Source of the DNA: an uncultured Candidatus Saccharibacteria bacterium
GTDB lineage: Bacteria; Patescibacteriota; WWE3; UBA101185; UBA10185
Reading direction: 5' to 3'
Length of the DNA stretch: 64,000 nucleotides
Assembly: GCA_964540135.1 (NCBI GenBank)
Contig: CAZILK010000001.1
Location: 17,843 to 81,842 of the forward strand
Shown here piece after piece: positions 10,888-21,408 of this stretch. The notes under the pieces were generated by a model. It saw only the letters and a list, made by a program, of their open reading frames with translations, searched no databases and had not been told where the DNA came from. Made by a program: the position numbers and the translations under genes. Numbering within the stretch: the first letter of the stretch is position 1; every line of letters starts with the position of its first letter.

Positions 10888-11844
10888 TTAAAGCTTAGAT
10901 TCTTTAATTATCCACTCTGGTCTATTTTTTACTTCATCATAAATTCGGCTTAGGTAATTGCCAATGATACCAAGGAAAATTAACTGAACGCCTCCTAGAA
11001 AGAGTATTGAGATGACAATTGTGGCAAAACCAGGGACTGGTCCAAGTCCTATTGAAGTAAAAAAGGGAGTAAATATTCTTTGAAAGAGTGTAAACACCAC
11101 CATAATTAATGCTGCTATTGATACCCAGATGCCAAGGCTAGAGGCAATAGTTAGGGGCACTGTTGAAAAAGAAAATATACCGTCAAAAGCCAATTTCATT
11201 AATTTTTTAAAAGGATATTTTGTTTCTCCACCAGCACGAACTTGCCTTTCATATTCAAGACCTATTTGTTTAAACCCAGACCAGGCTCTAAGGCCGCGAA
11301 CAAACTTATTTTTTTCAGGCATACTTTTTAATGCATTTACTACCTTTCTATCCATGAGTGAGAAATCTCCTGAATCAAGAGGTATGTTAAATGTTACAAG
11401 ATACCCAAGTATTCTATAAAATGCCCAGTAGCATACTCGTTTTATATGTATTTCTTTTCTTTTTTTCCTAATCGCGTAAACAACATCAAACCCTTCTTCC
11501 CATTTCTTAATATATCTATGGAGCTCTTCTGGAGGATCCTGGAGATCTACATCCATAACAATTACAGCGTCTCCATCTGCATGATGTATACCACAGGATA
11601 TTGCTGTTTGATGCCCGAAGTTTCTTGAAAATGAAATTACTTTCCAACGATCGTCTTTAGTATTTTGTTGAAGTAGTAGTTGTAGAGTTTTATCTTCAGA
11701 ACCATCGTCGATACAAAAAACATTATAATCATGCTCCCAACTCTTAGTCGCTTTGATTAATCTTTTAAAAAACAACGGTAGTACTGCTTCCTCGTTATAA
11801 CAGGGAAGAACTATAGAAATTTTCTTGCGTGTTTTAGTTGCCAT
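10888..11844 (-). CDS. GtrB/YkcC-like undecaprenyl-phosphate glycosyltransferase (GT2 with two C-terminal TM helices)
   Basis: PCYNEE, SRNFGHQ, MDVDLQDPPE, DSGDFSLMDR, 'GETKY' and 'IGNYLSRIYDEVKNRP' motifs. Confidence 0.9.
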   Translation of the reverse strand: MATKTRKKISIVLPCYNEEAVLPLFFKRLIKATKSWEHDYNVFCIDDGSEDKTLQLLLQQNTKDDRWKVISFSRNFGHQTAISCGIHHADGDAVIVMDVDLQDPPEELHRYIKKWEEGFDVVYAIRKKRKEIHIKRVCYWAFYRILGYLVTFNIPLDSGDFSLMDRKVVNALKSMPEKNKFVRGLRAWSGFKQIGLEYERQVRAGGETKYPFKKLMKLAFDGIFSFSTVPLTIASSLGIWVSIAALIMVVFTLFQRIFTPFFTSIGLGPVPGFATIVISILFLGGVQLIFLGIIGNYLSRIYDEVKNRPEWIIKESKL

Positions 11845-11935
11845 ATACTAATTGTTCGAGTCTATTATAATATCTTTCTGCTATATTGTAAGATGCGCGT
11901 TTGTTGTTGGGTTTACAAGTTAGTTAAGAGTTAGT

Positions 11936-14152
11936 TTAGTCTGTTTCGTAGGAAATCCCGTGTTTAGCTAAAACATCACCTCGATATACCCAAGTTTGAA
12001 CATATCCTCTGTAGCTTATGGTAAATTCTGCAGGAACTTCTTTACCGGGTACGGGAACAGTTCTTTTAAGACCGCCTCTTGTGAATATAAAATAATCGTC
12101 CTTTGTGTAAGGTCCGAGCCTTTCTTTATGCGGTATATGATCTGAATCGACATTTATCCCCAAAAGTATTTCGTTTGGTTGCTTACCTTTGTATTTATAT
12201 AACCAAGCACCTCTAAAATTGGCAGTTATAATTGTTTTTTCACAGCTCTTTGTCTTAAGACATCTCTTAAAAATCTCTTTTTGGGCAATCATAATTTCTT
12301 CCCCCCACCCTTGCCAGGCAACATCCATTCTCCCTTGAACAAAGTTCTTATTATAGCTTTCAGACTGATCAGACCAGAATGGTCTAAATGCTGCATATAC
12401 AGGTGCAAATGGCCAAAGCTCAATAACTAGTACAAGAGCAGTAACTGCTATTAATGCTTTCTTTTTAACTAAGCTTTGGTTTGAGTTTATAAAACTGTAT
12501 AGCCTGATTAATATATAGAGCTCAAATATATAGTGGTACAAATCGTAATACCTATTCACAAGCCAAGTTGATGTTAATGCATATCCAAGAGGCATAAGAA
12601 AACACATAATCACAGCTAAGTCCCAGATGAAACTATACTTAGTCTTGTTTGAGTTACGCCTTGTGAAATCAAATATAACAATAAAAGCGAGCAGTACCCA
12701 AAATACTGAGGGAATTGCATTTATAAAAACTGCATAATAAAACGCTATATTTTTAATATGAAACTCTTGTGCGGTGGTCGCACCTGGATACCATGTATAG
12801 TTCGCATTGGGATTTTTGTCATGACCGTAGGTTCCTTTTGGTGCTTGTACAAAAAACCCTTCGTAAGCCTGGGTATTAAATGTTCCCCAGACTCCAATTG
12901 CAAGTGCGGCAATCATTACAATTAAAGCAAGCTTGGAGCTTATTTTGGAGCCTATGTTATCAAAGAGGTTATCAAACTTACTTAATAAAATAGAACATAC
13001 ACAGCTTATTACGACTAGCGCTCCCAAAAGATAGTAAGAGTAAGTTGAGTTGAAATACGCAAGATTGCTGGCAATCTTAGCACTCACAAGAGGCCACCCC
13101 CACGATACAAGAGGGTAGAGTATTGAAACTGTACCTTTAGTCGGAAAATCAAGATCCCTAGCAACGCCTATTAATCCATACATTAAAAGAATCTCAATTA
13201 TACTCGCCACAACCCCTGCCGATATTACAAGAGGAATTATGTATAGCTTTTTGTACTTGTTGTAAGCTAGATAACCTAACATGATAAGCGATACGATGAT
13301 TAACGGTGATACATTTAGCTTTTCTTGTGAACCAGCCACTGATATTACAAGTGCGACAATAGTTAAGTTTAAATTTTTAGTTAAGTATGCTATGCCTAAA
13401 AGAAACATTGCAGCTGTTGCCACAAACATTGCATATAAATCATAGTTCGCAATCTTCCATGCGATTAAGTTCATCGGGGTAATGAGTGTAAACATCATAA
13501 AGAGAATAAACGTTAGAACAAACTTTTCTTCATCAGTTATTTTCAAAACATATTTTTTCAGTAAGCTAAAAATACCAAGCATCATCACAATACCCCCGAT
13601 CCAGTGCAGCATTTTAGCTACCGATAGGAGGCTGTTATAGTCTCCAGGTTTAAAAAGACTAAGAGGTATACCGATTAAAATATAGCTAAGTCTTAAAGCC
13701 CCGTTACCCCAAACTCCCATTTGAGCTGTGTACTTAATAGAGGCAAACTCCATAACCGATATACCCTCATCACTAGCAAGCATTTGAGAGGACTTTTCTA
13801 CCGATATATAGAACAGGAGGCCAATGAGGATAAGTAGTATGCCAATTGCCTTGTAGGATTTAACGTTTCTCTTTAAATAAAAAAAAGTAATTATAAGTCC
13901 AACAGATATGGTAATAAGTTCAAATAAATTAATACCAAGTACTGGCAAGAAAGGTTCAAAGTAACCAACTCCTTTTAACTTAGATGAGATTAAGATTCTG
14001 ATTGTGCAGTAAAAGAAAGCAACTATAAAAAGCCCAGCACACAGAGGCTTTATTCGTTGAGACTGTTTTTTTCTAAAGAGTAAAAAAGCTGTGTAAGCAA
14101 GAGTTGTAATATATAAAAACAGTGCTAAGTGAATTGTAATATCTGTAGTCAT
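11936..14152 (-). CDS. Large polytopic membrane protein, probable GT-C glycosyltransferase
   Basis: Many TM helices, 'ASDEG' acidic loop motif, 'NRYY', 'GWGEE' and a soluble C-terminus; directly upstream of the GtrB-like gene. Confidence 0.6.
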   Translation of the reverse strand: MTTDITIHLALFLYITTLAYTAFLLFRKKQSQRIKPLCAGLFIVAFFYCTIRILISSKLKGVGYFEPFLPVLGINLFELITISVGLIITFFYLKRNVKSYKAIGILLILIGLLFYISVEKSSQMLASDEGISVMEFASIKYTAQMGVWGNGALRLSYILIGIPLSLFKPGDYNSLLSVAKMLHWIGGIVMMLGIFSLLKKYVLKITDEEKFVLTFILFMMFTLITPMNLIAWKIANYDLYAMFVATAAMFLLGIAYLTKNLNLTIVALVISVAGSQEKLNVSPLIIVSLIMLGYLAYNKYKKLYIIPLVISAGVVASIIEILLMYGLIGVARDLDFPTKGTVSILYPLVSWGWPLVSAKIASNLAYFNSTYSYYLLGALVVISCVCSILLSKFDNLFDNIGSKISSKLALIVMIAALAIGVWGTFNTQAYEGFFVQAPKGTYGHDKNPNANYTWYPGATTAQEFHIKNIAFYYAVFINAIPSVFWVLLAFIVIFDFTRRNSNKTKYSFIWDLAVIMCFLMPLGYALTSTWLVNRYYDLYHYIFELYILIRLYSFINSNQSLVKKKALIAVTALVLVIELWPFAPVYAAFRPFWSDQSESYNKNFVQGRMDVAWQGWGEEIMIAQKEIFKRCLKTKSCEKTIITANFRGAWLYKYKGKQPNEILLGINVDSDHIPHKERLGPYTKDDYFIFTRGGLKRTVPVPGKEVPAEFTISYRGYVQTWVYRGDVLAKHGISYETD

Positions 14153-14153
14153 G

Positions 14154-15038
14154 TTAACTTTGTTTTTTAATAGTTAGGATTACAGGACTCCATGTTTTCG
14201 TTTTTATAATTAATTGCGCTACAAGTTTATTAAGACCAAGTGTCTTCATTATATCTAGCATCTTCTTTACTTTATAAAGACCGGCCCACTCACCAAAATT
14301 TGTGCTAGTCATTCTTTCTAAAAATACTTCTTCTCCTAGTGACAGTAGTTCAATGTTGTATTTACTTCCAAGTTTCTTTGTTGCATTTTTTGCCCACCTT
14401 GCATTTAATTCTACATTCAAGGTTTTTGCATACGCTTCATTTCTCCCGGCAATGTATTTTATATACCAAGGAAAAAAACTCTTAAATAACACTGGTGGGT
14501 GAAAGACAGCATAATGCCCATCAAAAAACGAGTGAAAGCTTGGGTACACATATTGAAGTATGCCTCCTGGTTTTAATACACGAAGCCCTTCATCAAGTAC
14601 TTTAAACGGGTCTTTTACATGCTCCATAACGTTAGTTGAATAAACTATATCAAAAGTATTGTCATCAAAAGGCATTTCCTCGCCAAATGCAGCAGTTAAG
14701 GTGTTTTCATCTAGATTATTATCTCTAAAGACCTCCCGTGAGATTGCAAGTGAGTTCCCAAAACCTTCGCCATCAGGCTCAATACCAAAAGCATCAATAT
14801 TAAAATTCTTGATAGCTACTAGGTTAAAAATACCAAAACCAGAACCGACATTAAGTAGCTTTTTACCTGCTATTTCATTCCCGCTAAGATATTTACGAAT
14901 AAGTTCAATTTCGTTTACTGGTTTTACGAGCGAGAGTGTATCTTCAGTTAATTTAGTTATTGGAAGAAAAGAAAGAGCTGTAAAAAAGGCACTATACTCT
15001 TCGTCCACAAGTTTTTTAACATTGTCTGAAAGTAACAT
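14154..15038 (-). CDS. Class I SAM-dependent methyltransferase
   Basis: LLNVGSGFG, MPFDDNTFD, VMEHV and RVLKPGG motifs. Start refined to ATG 15038, 7 nt after TATAAT. Confidence 0.85.
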   Translation of the reverse strand: MLLSDNVKKLVDEEYSAFFTALSFLPITKLTEDTLSLVKPVNEIELIRKYLSGNEIAGKKLLNVGSGFGIFNLVAIKNFNIDAFGIEPDGEGFGNSLAISREVFRDNNLDENTLTAAFGEEMPFDDNTFDIVYSTNVMEHVKDPFKVLDEGLRVLKPGGILQYVYPSFHSFFDGHYAVFHPPVLFKSFFPWYIKYIAGRNEAYAKTLNVELNARWAKNATKKLGSKYNIELLSLGEEVFLERMTSTNFGEWAGLYKVKKMLDIMKTLGLNKLVAQLIIKTKTWSPVILTIKKQS

Positions 15039-15083
15039 TTCAAGAATTATACTATAATAGCCTTGGAGTAAATATAGCGAACT

Positions 15084-16205
15084 ATGAAGCATATACTGAT
15101 TTTAAATTATGAATTCCCGCCTGTTGGTGGTGGGGGCGGAACCTCCTCAAAATATCTAGCAGAGGCATTTGCGAAACATGACTTAAAAGTTCATGTACTA
15201 ACGAGTTGGCTCAAAGGTTTGCCAAAAACTGAAAGCATTGATGGCTACACGGTTCAAAGAATCAACTGCTCTAGATCAAAGCCTGATCGTGCATCACTAT
15301 TTGAAATGTTTTGCAGTGTACTTTTTATGATTGTTCCAGCAATCAGGTATTGTATGGAGGAAAAACCAGATCTTATTCATTGTAACTTTGCAGTTCCTAC
15401 CGGCATCGTCGCTTTTATTTGCAAAAAGCTTACTGGTGTTCCATACGTACTAACGCTCCATGGGGGCGAGGTTCCATCATTCAATAAACCATTTGTAAGT
15501 AATAAGTTTTATTTCTTTTCGGTTGTAATTAAAAAACTAACATCTCCTGTATGGACACAGGCTTGTAGGGTAATTTGTGCAAGTAATTATTTTTATGACC
15601 TGGTCAGAGCGGAGTATCCGACTATCACCCCAGTAGTTATACCGTTTGGTATTGATCTTGACTTCTTTTATCCAAAAGAGAAGATACGCTCAAATAAGAT
15701 ATCTTTACTTTTTTTTAGTAGACTAACTAAACAAAAAGGAGCTTTAGTTTTACTTGATTCTGTTAAAGCTTTTGATAAGTCCCTAGACTGGGAATTAAAC
15801 ATCATCGGTGATGGGCCTATGAGAGGAGAGATTGCGGCTAAAATTGAAAAAGATAATCTTAAAGATAGAGTAACTATGCATGGATGGCAAAGCAAAGAAT
15901 TTATTCGTGAGGCGTTGTGGAAAAGTTCTGTATTTGTGTTCCCGTCGCTACAAGAATCTTTTGGCTTTGTTATGCTTGAGGCGATAGCTACAGGCACACC
16001 GGCAATTGTGTCAGACACTCCTGCATTACAAGAAATTATTGATCAAACTGGTTTTGGTGTTGCGGTTACAGATTGGGATACCGATCTTCTTCCTTCAATC
16101 ACTAAAGCACAAAGTCTTGTATTTGATAAAGCGAAGCTAGCAAACTATTCGTGGGAATTTACAGCAAACAAATATCTTGAAGAATTTACAAGTTGTGTTA
16201 ATTAA
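15084..16205 (+). CDS. GT4 glycosyltransferase
   Basis: LNYEFPPVGGGGG, TLHGGEVP and FPSLQESFGFVMLEA motifs. Confidence 0.9.
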   Translation: MKHILILNYEFPPVGGGGGTSSKYLAEAFAKHDLKVHVLTSWLKGLPKTESIDGYTVQRINCSRSKPDRASLFEMFCSVLFMIVPAIRYCMEEKPDLIHCNFAVPTGIVAFICKKLTGVPYVLTLHGGEVPSFNKPFVSNKFYFFSVVIKKLTSPVWTQACRVICASNYFYDLVRAEYPTITPVVIPFGIDLDFFYPKEKIRSNKISLLFFSRLTKQKGALVLLDSVKAFDKSLDWELNIIGDGPMRGEIAAKIEKDNLKDRVTMHGWQSKEFIREALWKSSVFVFPSLQESFGFVMLEAIATGTPAIVSDTPALQEIIDQTGFGVAVTDWDTDLLPSITKAQSLVFDKAKLANYSWEFTANKYLEEFTSCVN

Positions 16206-17025
16206 CTTTTCCGCCAAACTTCCAAGAGTTACCGTTTCTGTTAATGATATAAACAGAAGTTTTATTAATCTGTGGTACTTTGTCTAACCAGACTTCAATA
16301 TCTTCTTTACTTAAGTAAGTTGTTTGAGGTGTGACAAGTTGGTCAAAAGCAACATGCCTGTGGAAAAAATAACCTCTTTTTGATATCCAGAGTGCATAGC
16401 TATACATTGGCATTTTATTTGCAAAACCCTTTGTCGCAAAAGCTTTTATAAAAGTCGTGTAGAGATAAAAGAAAAACGCAAGTGGTGTTGCAATCAAGTA
16501 TTTAGTAAACCACCAGGGGAGTTTACTTACAACTTTTCTTAACGGATCAACAACGCTAATAACAAAGTTATTGCCTTCTTTTGCATATACCCAGCAATGA
16601 AAATTGCCACTAGCCCTTGTATTTTCAACAACCGCTTCAAACCCCTTAAATGGATCTTTTAAGTGATGAAGAACACCAATACAATAAACAACATCAAACT
16701 TATCTTTGCTTCTATACTTAGTTAAATCTTCTTGCAGTATTTTATAGTTTTCTAAATGAGTAAGCTTCATGTTAGCTTTAGCGGAAAGTATAGAATCACC
16801 AAGGTCAACTCCTTCAAGGTAACTTGGTTCCCAGGTTGAAAGCCACATCATAAGACTCGCGTTACCGCATCCAAGCTCAAGCACACGTTTTCCTTTGATA
16901 TCTTTTTCAGTTAAGGGACTTAACCAATCAACAAATTGATCATAGGTATAAGTTGAACCTTTTGGCAGATTATTCCATGAGGTTGCAAATGCTTGTGCGG
17001 TTTTTGTGTCTTTTCTTTCCTTCAT
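16198..17025 (-). CDS. Class I SAM-dependent methyltransferase
   Basis: VLELGCGN, FDVVYCIGVLHH and WVYAKEGN motifs. Confidence 0.85.
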   Translation of the reverse strand: MKERKDTKTAQAFATSWNNLPKGSTYTYDQFVDWLSPLTEKDIKGKRVLELGCGNASLMMWLSTWEPSYLEGVDLGDSILSAKANMKLTHLENYKILQEDLTKYRSKDKFDVVYCIGVLHHLKDPFKGFEAVVENTRASGNFHCWVYAKEGNNFVISVVDPLRKVVSKLPWWFTKYLIATPLAFFFYLYTTFIKAFATKGFANKMPMYSYALWISKRGYFFHRHVAFDQLVTPQTTYLSKEDIEVWLDKVPQINKTSVYIINRNGNSWKFGGKVN

Positions 17026-18872
17026 AAGTTATCAGAGTTTAAAGTTCTTAGTGCCCATAAGAATGTTCCATCATTTGATACTTTATTTATATGATCATTA
17101 ATCTTCTTATCAATAAATTTTTGATTTAACTTTAAATCCTGATTCATATTAATAGTTATTGACTGATTTTGAAACCACTTTCCAATTGGAGCACCAAAAC
17201 CTTTTTTTGATCTGTTAATTATATTATCCGGTATAACATTCTTAAGTGCTTTCTTAAGTATGTATTTTCGCTTTCCGTTTCGCAGCTTATACTCGCCTGG
17301 TATCTTTCTGACAAAATCAACAAGCTCTATATCCAAAAAAGGTGCTCTGACCTCAAGCCCGTTCATCATACTCGCTCTATCGGCTTTGACGAGAATATCG
17401 TCTTGAAGATAAAGCTTTGTGTAGTATTGAAGAGCTTTGTCTACTAAACTAAGTTGTTCGCAATTATTCCATTGATCAAGTGCTTCAGAGAATAGATCAT
17501 CTATTTGAAGAGGTTCGTTAAAAAGCTCTGATAATTCACTAGGTGCTAAAGGAGCCATCCAAGTGGGGAGCCAGAATTTTTTTTCAAATCCCAGCCCTCG
17601 TAGTGTTCGTTTCAGTTTAAAATCAAGACTCATGTTCCGTAAAGAAACCGGCATGTTTAGTATTGTTTTTTCAAATCTCGCATGCATGCTTTTTGGAATA
17701 AATTTTGCATACATTGCAGCAATAGGTAGCGCCTGGAACGGATCATACCCTGCAAACAGTTCGTCGCCGCCATCTCCAGAAAGCGCTACAGTCACATATT
17801 TTTTTGTAAATTTAGAAAGTAAGAAGGTTGGAGTTAGCGAGCTATCTGCCATAGGCTCATCAAGTCTCTCAAGTACGTTAGGTAGTATTTCAAGGGCTTT
17901 ATCAACCGATAGTATATCTAGGTGATGCGCGCAGCCTATGTGTTTGGCAACCTGCCTTGCGTATATAGTTTCATCAAAAGAAGCTTCATCAAACCCAATA
18001 CTAAAAGTTTGCAGAGAATCTTGTTCTACATGTCTTGCAGCAAGAGCTGCGATCGCTGATGAATCTACCCCACCACTTAAAAATACTCCAAGTGGTACAT
18101 CTGCCATTAGTCTTCGTTTCACTGCTCTATCTAGTAAAAACTGTAGCTCCTCGCCCCATTCTCGTTCTGGGTTGCGTGGTAGATGCTCAAAAGGTTCGAT
18201 TTTAAAATCCCAGTACTTGTTAATTTTAAAGCCCTTGTCTTTGATCGAAAAGATTAAAGAATTGCCTGCAGGCAGTTTATAGATATTTTCATAAATAGAA
18301 CTTGGTGCTGGAATATAGCCGTAAGCGAAATATTTTTGGAGTGCTTTTTTTGAAATCTCTCTTTTTAACACTGTGTGGTGCTTAAATGCGGTTAATTCTG
18401 ATGCAAAGGCAAAGACACCGTTTTGGTATGTATAAAAAAATGGTTTCTCACCAAATCTGTCTCTACTACAAAAAAGAAGACCGTTCTTTTTATCATAAAT
18501 AACAAAAGCCCACATGCCGTTGAGTCTAGAAACAAAATCAGGGCCCCATTGAATATAGGAGTTAATTAGAGTTTCAGTGTCTGAATGATCAGTTTTAAAA
18601 CTATGACCTTTTTTCACAAGCTCAGTTCTTAATTCTTCGTGGTTATATATTTCTCCATTAAATATAATGACTATGTTCTCATCAACAGAAATCATTGGTT
18701 GTTGCCCCGTAGCAAGGTCAACAATCGAGAGTCTTCGGTGTCCAAGAAAAACAGTCTTTTCAACATCTACCCATGTTCCTCTTGCATCGGGACCACGATG
18801 AGAAAGGGAATCTGTCATTGCATCAAGAATTTGTGTATTGCCTGTTCCAAAAAAGCCAGTTATTCCGCACAT
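17022..18872 (-). CDS. asnB: Asparagine synthase (glutamine-hydrolysing)-like amidotransferase, probably glycan-modifying
   Basis: MCGITG with the Cys2 nucleophile (start refined to 18872), HRGPD, FNGEIYN, LSGGVDSS, SGDGGDELFAGY and EVRAPFLD motifs. Confidence 0.92.
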   Translation of the reverse strand: MCGITGFFGTGNTQILDAMTDSLSHRGPDARGTWVDVEKTVFLGHRRLSIVDLATGQQPMISVDENIVIIFNGEIYNHEELRTELVKKGHSFKTDHSDTETLINSYIQWGPDFVSRLNGMWAFVIYDKKNGLLFCSRDRFGEKPFFYTYQNGVFAFASELTAFKHHTVLKREISKKALQKYFAYGYIPAPSSIYENIYKLPAGNSLIFSIKDKGFKINKYWDFKIEPFEHLPRNPEREWGEELQFLLDRAVKRRLMADVPLGVFLSGGVDSSAIAALAARHVEQDSLQTFSIGFDEASFDETIYARQVAKHIGCAHHLDILSVDKALEILPNVLERLDEPMADSSLTPTFLLSKFTKKYVTVALSGDGGDELFAGYDPFQALPIAAMYAKFIPKSMHARFEKTILNMPVSLRNMSLDFKLKRTLRGLGFEKKFWLPTWMAPLAPSELSELFNEPLQIDDLFSEALDQWNNCEQLSLVDKALQYYTKLYLQDDILVKADRASMMNGLEVRAPFLDIELVDFVRKIPGEYKLRNGKRKYILKKALKNVIPDNIINRSKKGFGAPIGKWFQNQSITINMNQDLKLNQKFIDKKINDHINKVSNDGTFLWALRTLNSDNL

Positions 18873-18957
18873 ATTATTTGTATAATGCAACGCAACAGCC
18901 TTAAATGCAACAGTATTTACATATTAAGGTACGATCTACTTATGGTATTATTCCTGT

Positions 18958-19545
18958 GTGACAAAAGTAATTATTAACTTAGGTTGTGGGAAAACAAGAC
19001 TACCTGATTCAATTGGAGTTGATTATACAAAGATTGAAGATTATGTTGATGTTGTCCACGATCTTGACTCACTGCCTTACCCTTTTGCAGACAACTATGC
19101 CGATGAAATTCATATGTACCATGTGCTAGAGCATCTTCACAATCCACTTAAAAAAGTGGAAGAATTACACCGAATTCTTAAGCCGGGTGGTATTTTATAT
19201 ATCAGAGTTCCGCATTTTTCTTCGATGGGAGCTTTTTCAGATATAACTCATATAAGACCTTTTGGGTATGGATCGTTTGATTATTTTAATAAAGATTGTT
19301 CACATCATTTCTATACTTCAGTTGAGTTTGAAACAGTGCATAAAGAGATTAAGTATTTTGGGTTGTATCCTAATTCTGGTTTCTACACCAAGTATATCCA
19401 CGCTAATCAATGTTTTTACCCAATGAGGCCTGTAGTTCTTCTCATGAACTTCTTGATTAAACTAAGCCCAACTGCCTTTGAGAGGTTTTGGTGTTATTTG
19501 GTTGGTGGTGCTACTGAAGTCGTAGTTACACTAAAAAAAGTCTAA
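18958..19545 (+). CDS. Small SAM-dependent methyltransferase
   Basis: NLGCG, VVHDL, HVLEH, RILKPGG and DITH motifs. Confidence 0.82.
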   Translation: MTKVIINLGCGKTRLPDSIGVDYTKIEDYVDVVHDLDSLPYPFADNYADEIHMYHVLEHLHNPLKKVEELHRILKPGGILYIRVPHFSSMGAFSDITHIRPFGYGSFDYFNKDCSHHFYTSVEFETVHKEIKYFGLYPNSGFYTKYIHANQCFYPMRPVVLLMNFLIKLSPTAFERFWCYLVGGATEVVVTLKKV

Positions 19546-19546
19546 A

Positions 19547-20365
19547 ATGCAAACCAAAGTTGTTAAAGACCAAGAGCTATTTTTTAACGATCATTCTATA
19601 AAAGATGAAATTCCATCTGAAAAGAATATTTTTTATTACTATTCTATTAAAGAACAGCAACACGGGTTTAACTTTATAAGCAATTGCAAAAACTTGCTTG
19701 AATACGGTTGTGGTATGGGCACATCGCTTGATGTATTTTTTGAAGACAAGTCACGAAAACTAGCTGATTACAATATAGTTGGTGTCGATATTGCCGATAA
19801 GGCTTTAGATAGAGCAAGAGCCAAGTACCCCAGCTACACTTTTTATACCATTCAAAATAATGTTATGCCACAAATTAACCCAGGAACTATGGACGGAGCT
19901 TTTATGCTCCATGTTTTGCATCATTCAACCGGGCATGACATTATGTTTGCCGAAATATACTCTAAACTAAAGCCAGGTGGGAAATTTTTCTTGTCAGACT
20001 TATCGTCAAATAATCCGTTCATTTCTTTTGGGAGATTTCTCTTTCCTTTTGTTTCAGGTAAGATGACCGAAACTTTTGAAGATGATCTTGTTGTTGATGG
20101 CAAAATACCTGATAAATACAAAATTAGTAAGGATAAAGTTATCTCTCAACTTAAGGTGTGTGGTTTTACCATAACTGAAGTTGGAGAAGGACACTTGTTT
20201 GTTTTTATCTTTAACTGGCTTCATAGATTATTACCGTTTCTCCATATAGCTGATATGCATTTTTTGCTAAAACCGTTAATGGCCCTAGAACAAAGGATGT
20301 TAAAATTCTCATTTTTTAAAAAGTATGCAGAAGTTTTTTATATTTTTGCAGTAAAAGAGCACTAA
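19547..20365 (+). CDS. Class I SAM-dependent methyltransferase
   Basis: LLEYGCGMG, GVDI, VLHH and LKPGG motifs. Confidence 0.82.
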   Translation: MQTKVVKDQELFFNDHSIKDEIPSEKNIFYYYSIKEQQHGFNFISNCKNLLEYGCGMGTSLDVFFEDKSRKLADYNIVGVDIADKALDRARAKYPSYTFYTIQNNVMPQINPGTMDGAFMLHVLHHSTGHDIMFAEIYSKLKPGGKFFLSDLSSNNPFISFGRFLFPFVSGKMTETFEDDLVVDGKIPDKYKISKDKVISQLKVCGFTITEVGEGHLFVFIFNWLHRLLPFLHIADMHFLLKPLMALEQRMLKFSFFKKYAEVFYIFAVKEH

Positions 20366-20367
20366 AT

Positions 20368-21408
20368 ATGTTTCTAACAATTGCAATTCCAGCATATAAT
20401 AGACCGGATAACCTAGATGTACTTCTCTCAGGTCTCGTAAAGATCTTAACAGATGAAACTCAGGTTTATATTTCTGATGATGCCTCTCCGTTAGCCTCAG
20501 AAATCAGACAAGTTGTTGAAAAGTACACCGCTCTAAATCCAAACATAAAGTATTTTTTAAACGAGCAGAATTTAGGGTACAGCGGAAATGTGTTTAAGCT
20601 TTATGAGTTAAGCGATTCAAAGTATATCTGGTTTTTGTGTGACGATGATGTTGTTTTAGAAACATCAGTCAGCGATATCATCTCCAAGCTGAAAAAACAT
20701 GAGCCAACCGTTGCTGTTTTTAACCATACACAAATTGATCCATATGGCAGGAAAATAAAAGCTTTTTACGGGGATCACGATTTACTATTCACAGATGATG
20801 CGCAGTTTGAAGATGCTTCCCATTTGTTTAGAATCTGCTTTCTATCAACTCTTGTGGTTGAGAAGCTTGGAGATCTGCCAGAACTTAAAAAGACAGACTA
20901 TGCAAACAATATATTCGTTCAAATCAGCTTCTCGTTTTTGCTTCTTTCTAAAAAGTTTAAATTTGCTGAATTCACAGATGTAGTTTTACACCGTAATGTT
21001 GGCTTTAAATACGGTGAATTCTTTAAGTTTTACACAATAGATACTTTAAAATCGATTTACATTGTTGATCACTGTATATCAACCAAAAAATTCAAAGACT
21101 GGGCTATTAGAGATATGCCTACTGCTTTAAAGCTGTATCTTTCACAAAAACTAGGCCTTTTTAAATATTGGGGGAGACCCACTAAACAGTCTATAAGGTC
21201 TCTCTTTGATTATTACGGCATTTACGCTCTAGCTTTTCTCTCTTTCCCAGTTATTAGCTTTCTAACTCCGACCATTCTACTAAAAGCGCTATATTTCTTT
21301 CAATTAGTTCAAATCCACGGGTTTGAGCAAGCTAAAGTGTTATACAAAGAGAAAATTAACAGAGCGTATACTGATTCAAGGAAAACTGGTTTTACAACAT
21401 ACAAATGA
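20368..21408 (+). CDS. GT2 family glycosyltransferase
   Basis: TIAIPAYNR, SDDAS, NLGYSGN and WFLCDDD motifs. Confidence 0.88.
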   Translation: MFLTIAIPAYNRPDNLDVLLSGLVKILTDETQVYISDDASPLASEIRQVVEKYTALNPNIKYFLNEQNLGYSGNVFKLYELSDSKYIWFLCDDDVVLETSVSDIISKLKKHEPTVAVFNHTQIDPYGRKIKAFYGDHDLLFTDDAQFEDASHLFRICFLSTLVVEKLGDLPELKKTDYANNIFVQISFSFLLLSKKFKFAEFTDVVLHRNVGFKYGEFFKFYTIDTLKSIYIVDHCISTKKFKDWAIRDMPTALKLYLSQKLGLFKYWGRPTKQSIRSLFDYYGIYALAFLSFPVISFLTPTILLKALYFFQLVQIHGFEQAKVLYKEKINRAYTDSRKTGFTTYK

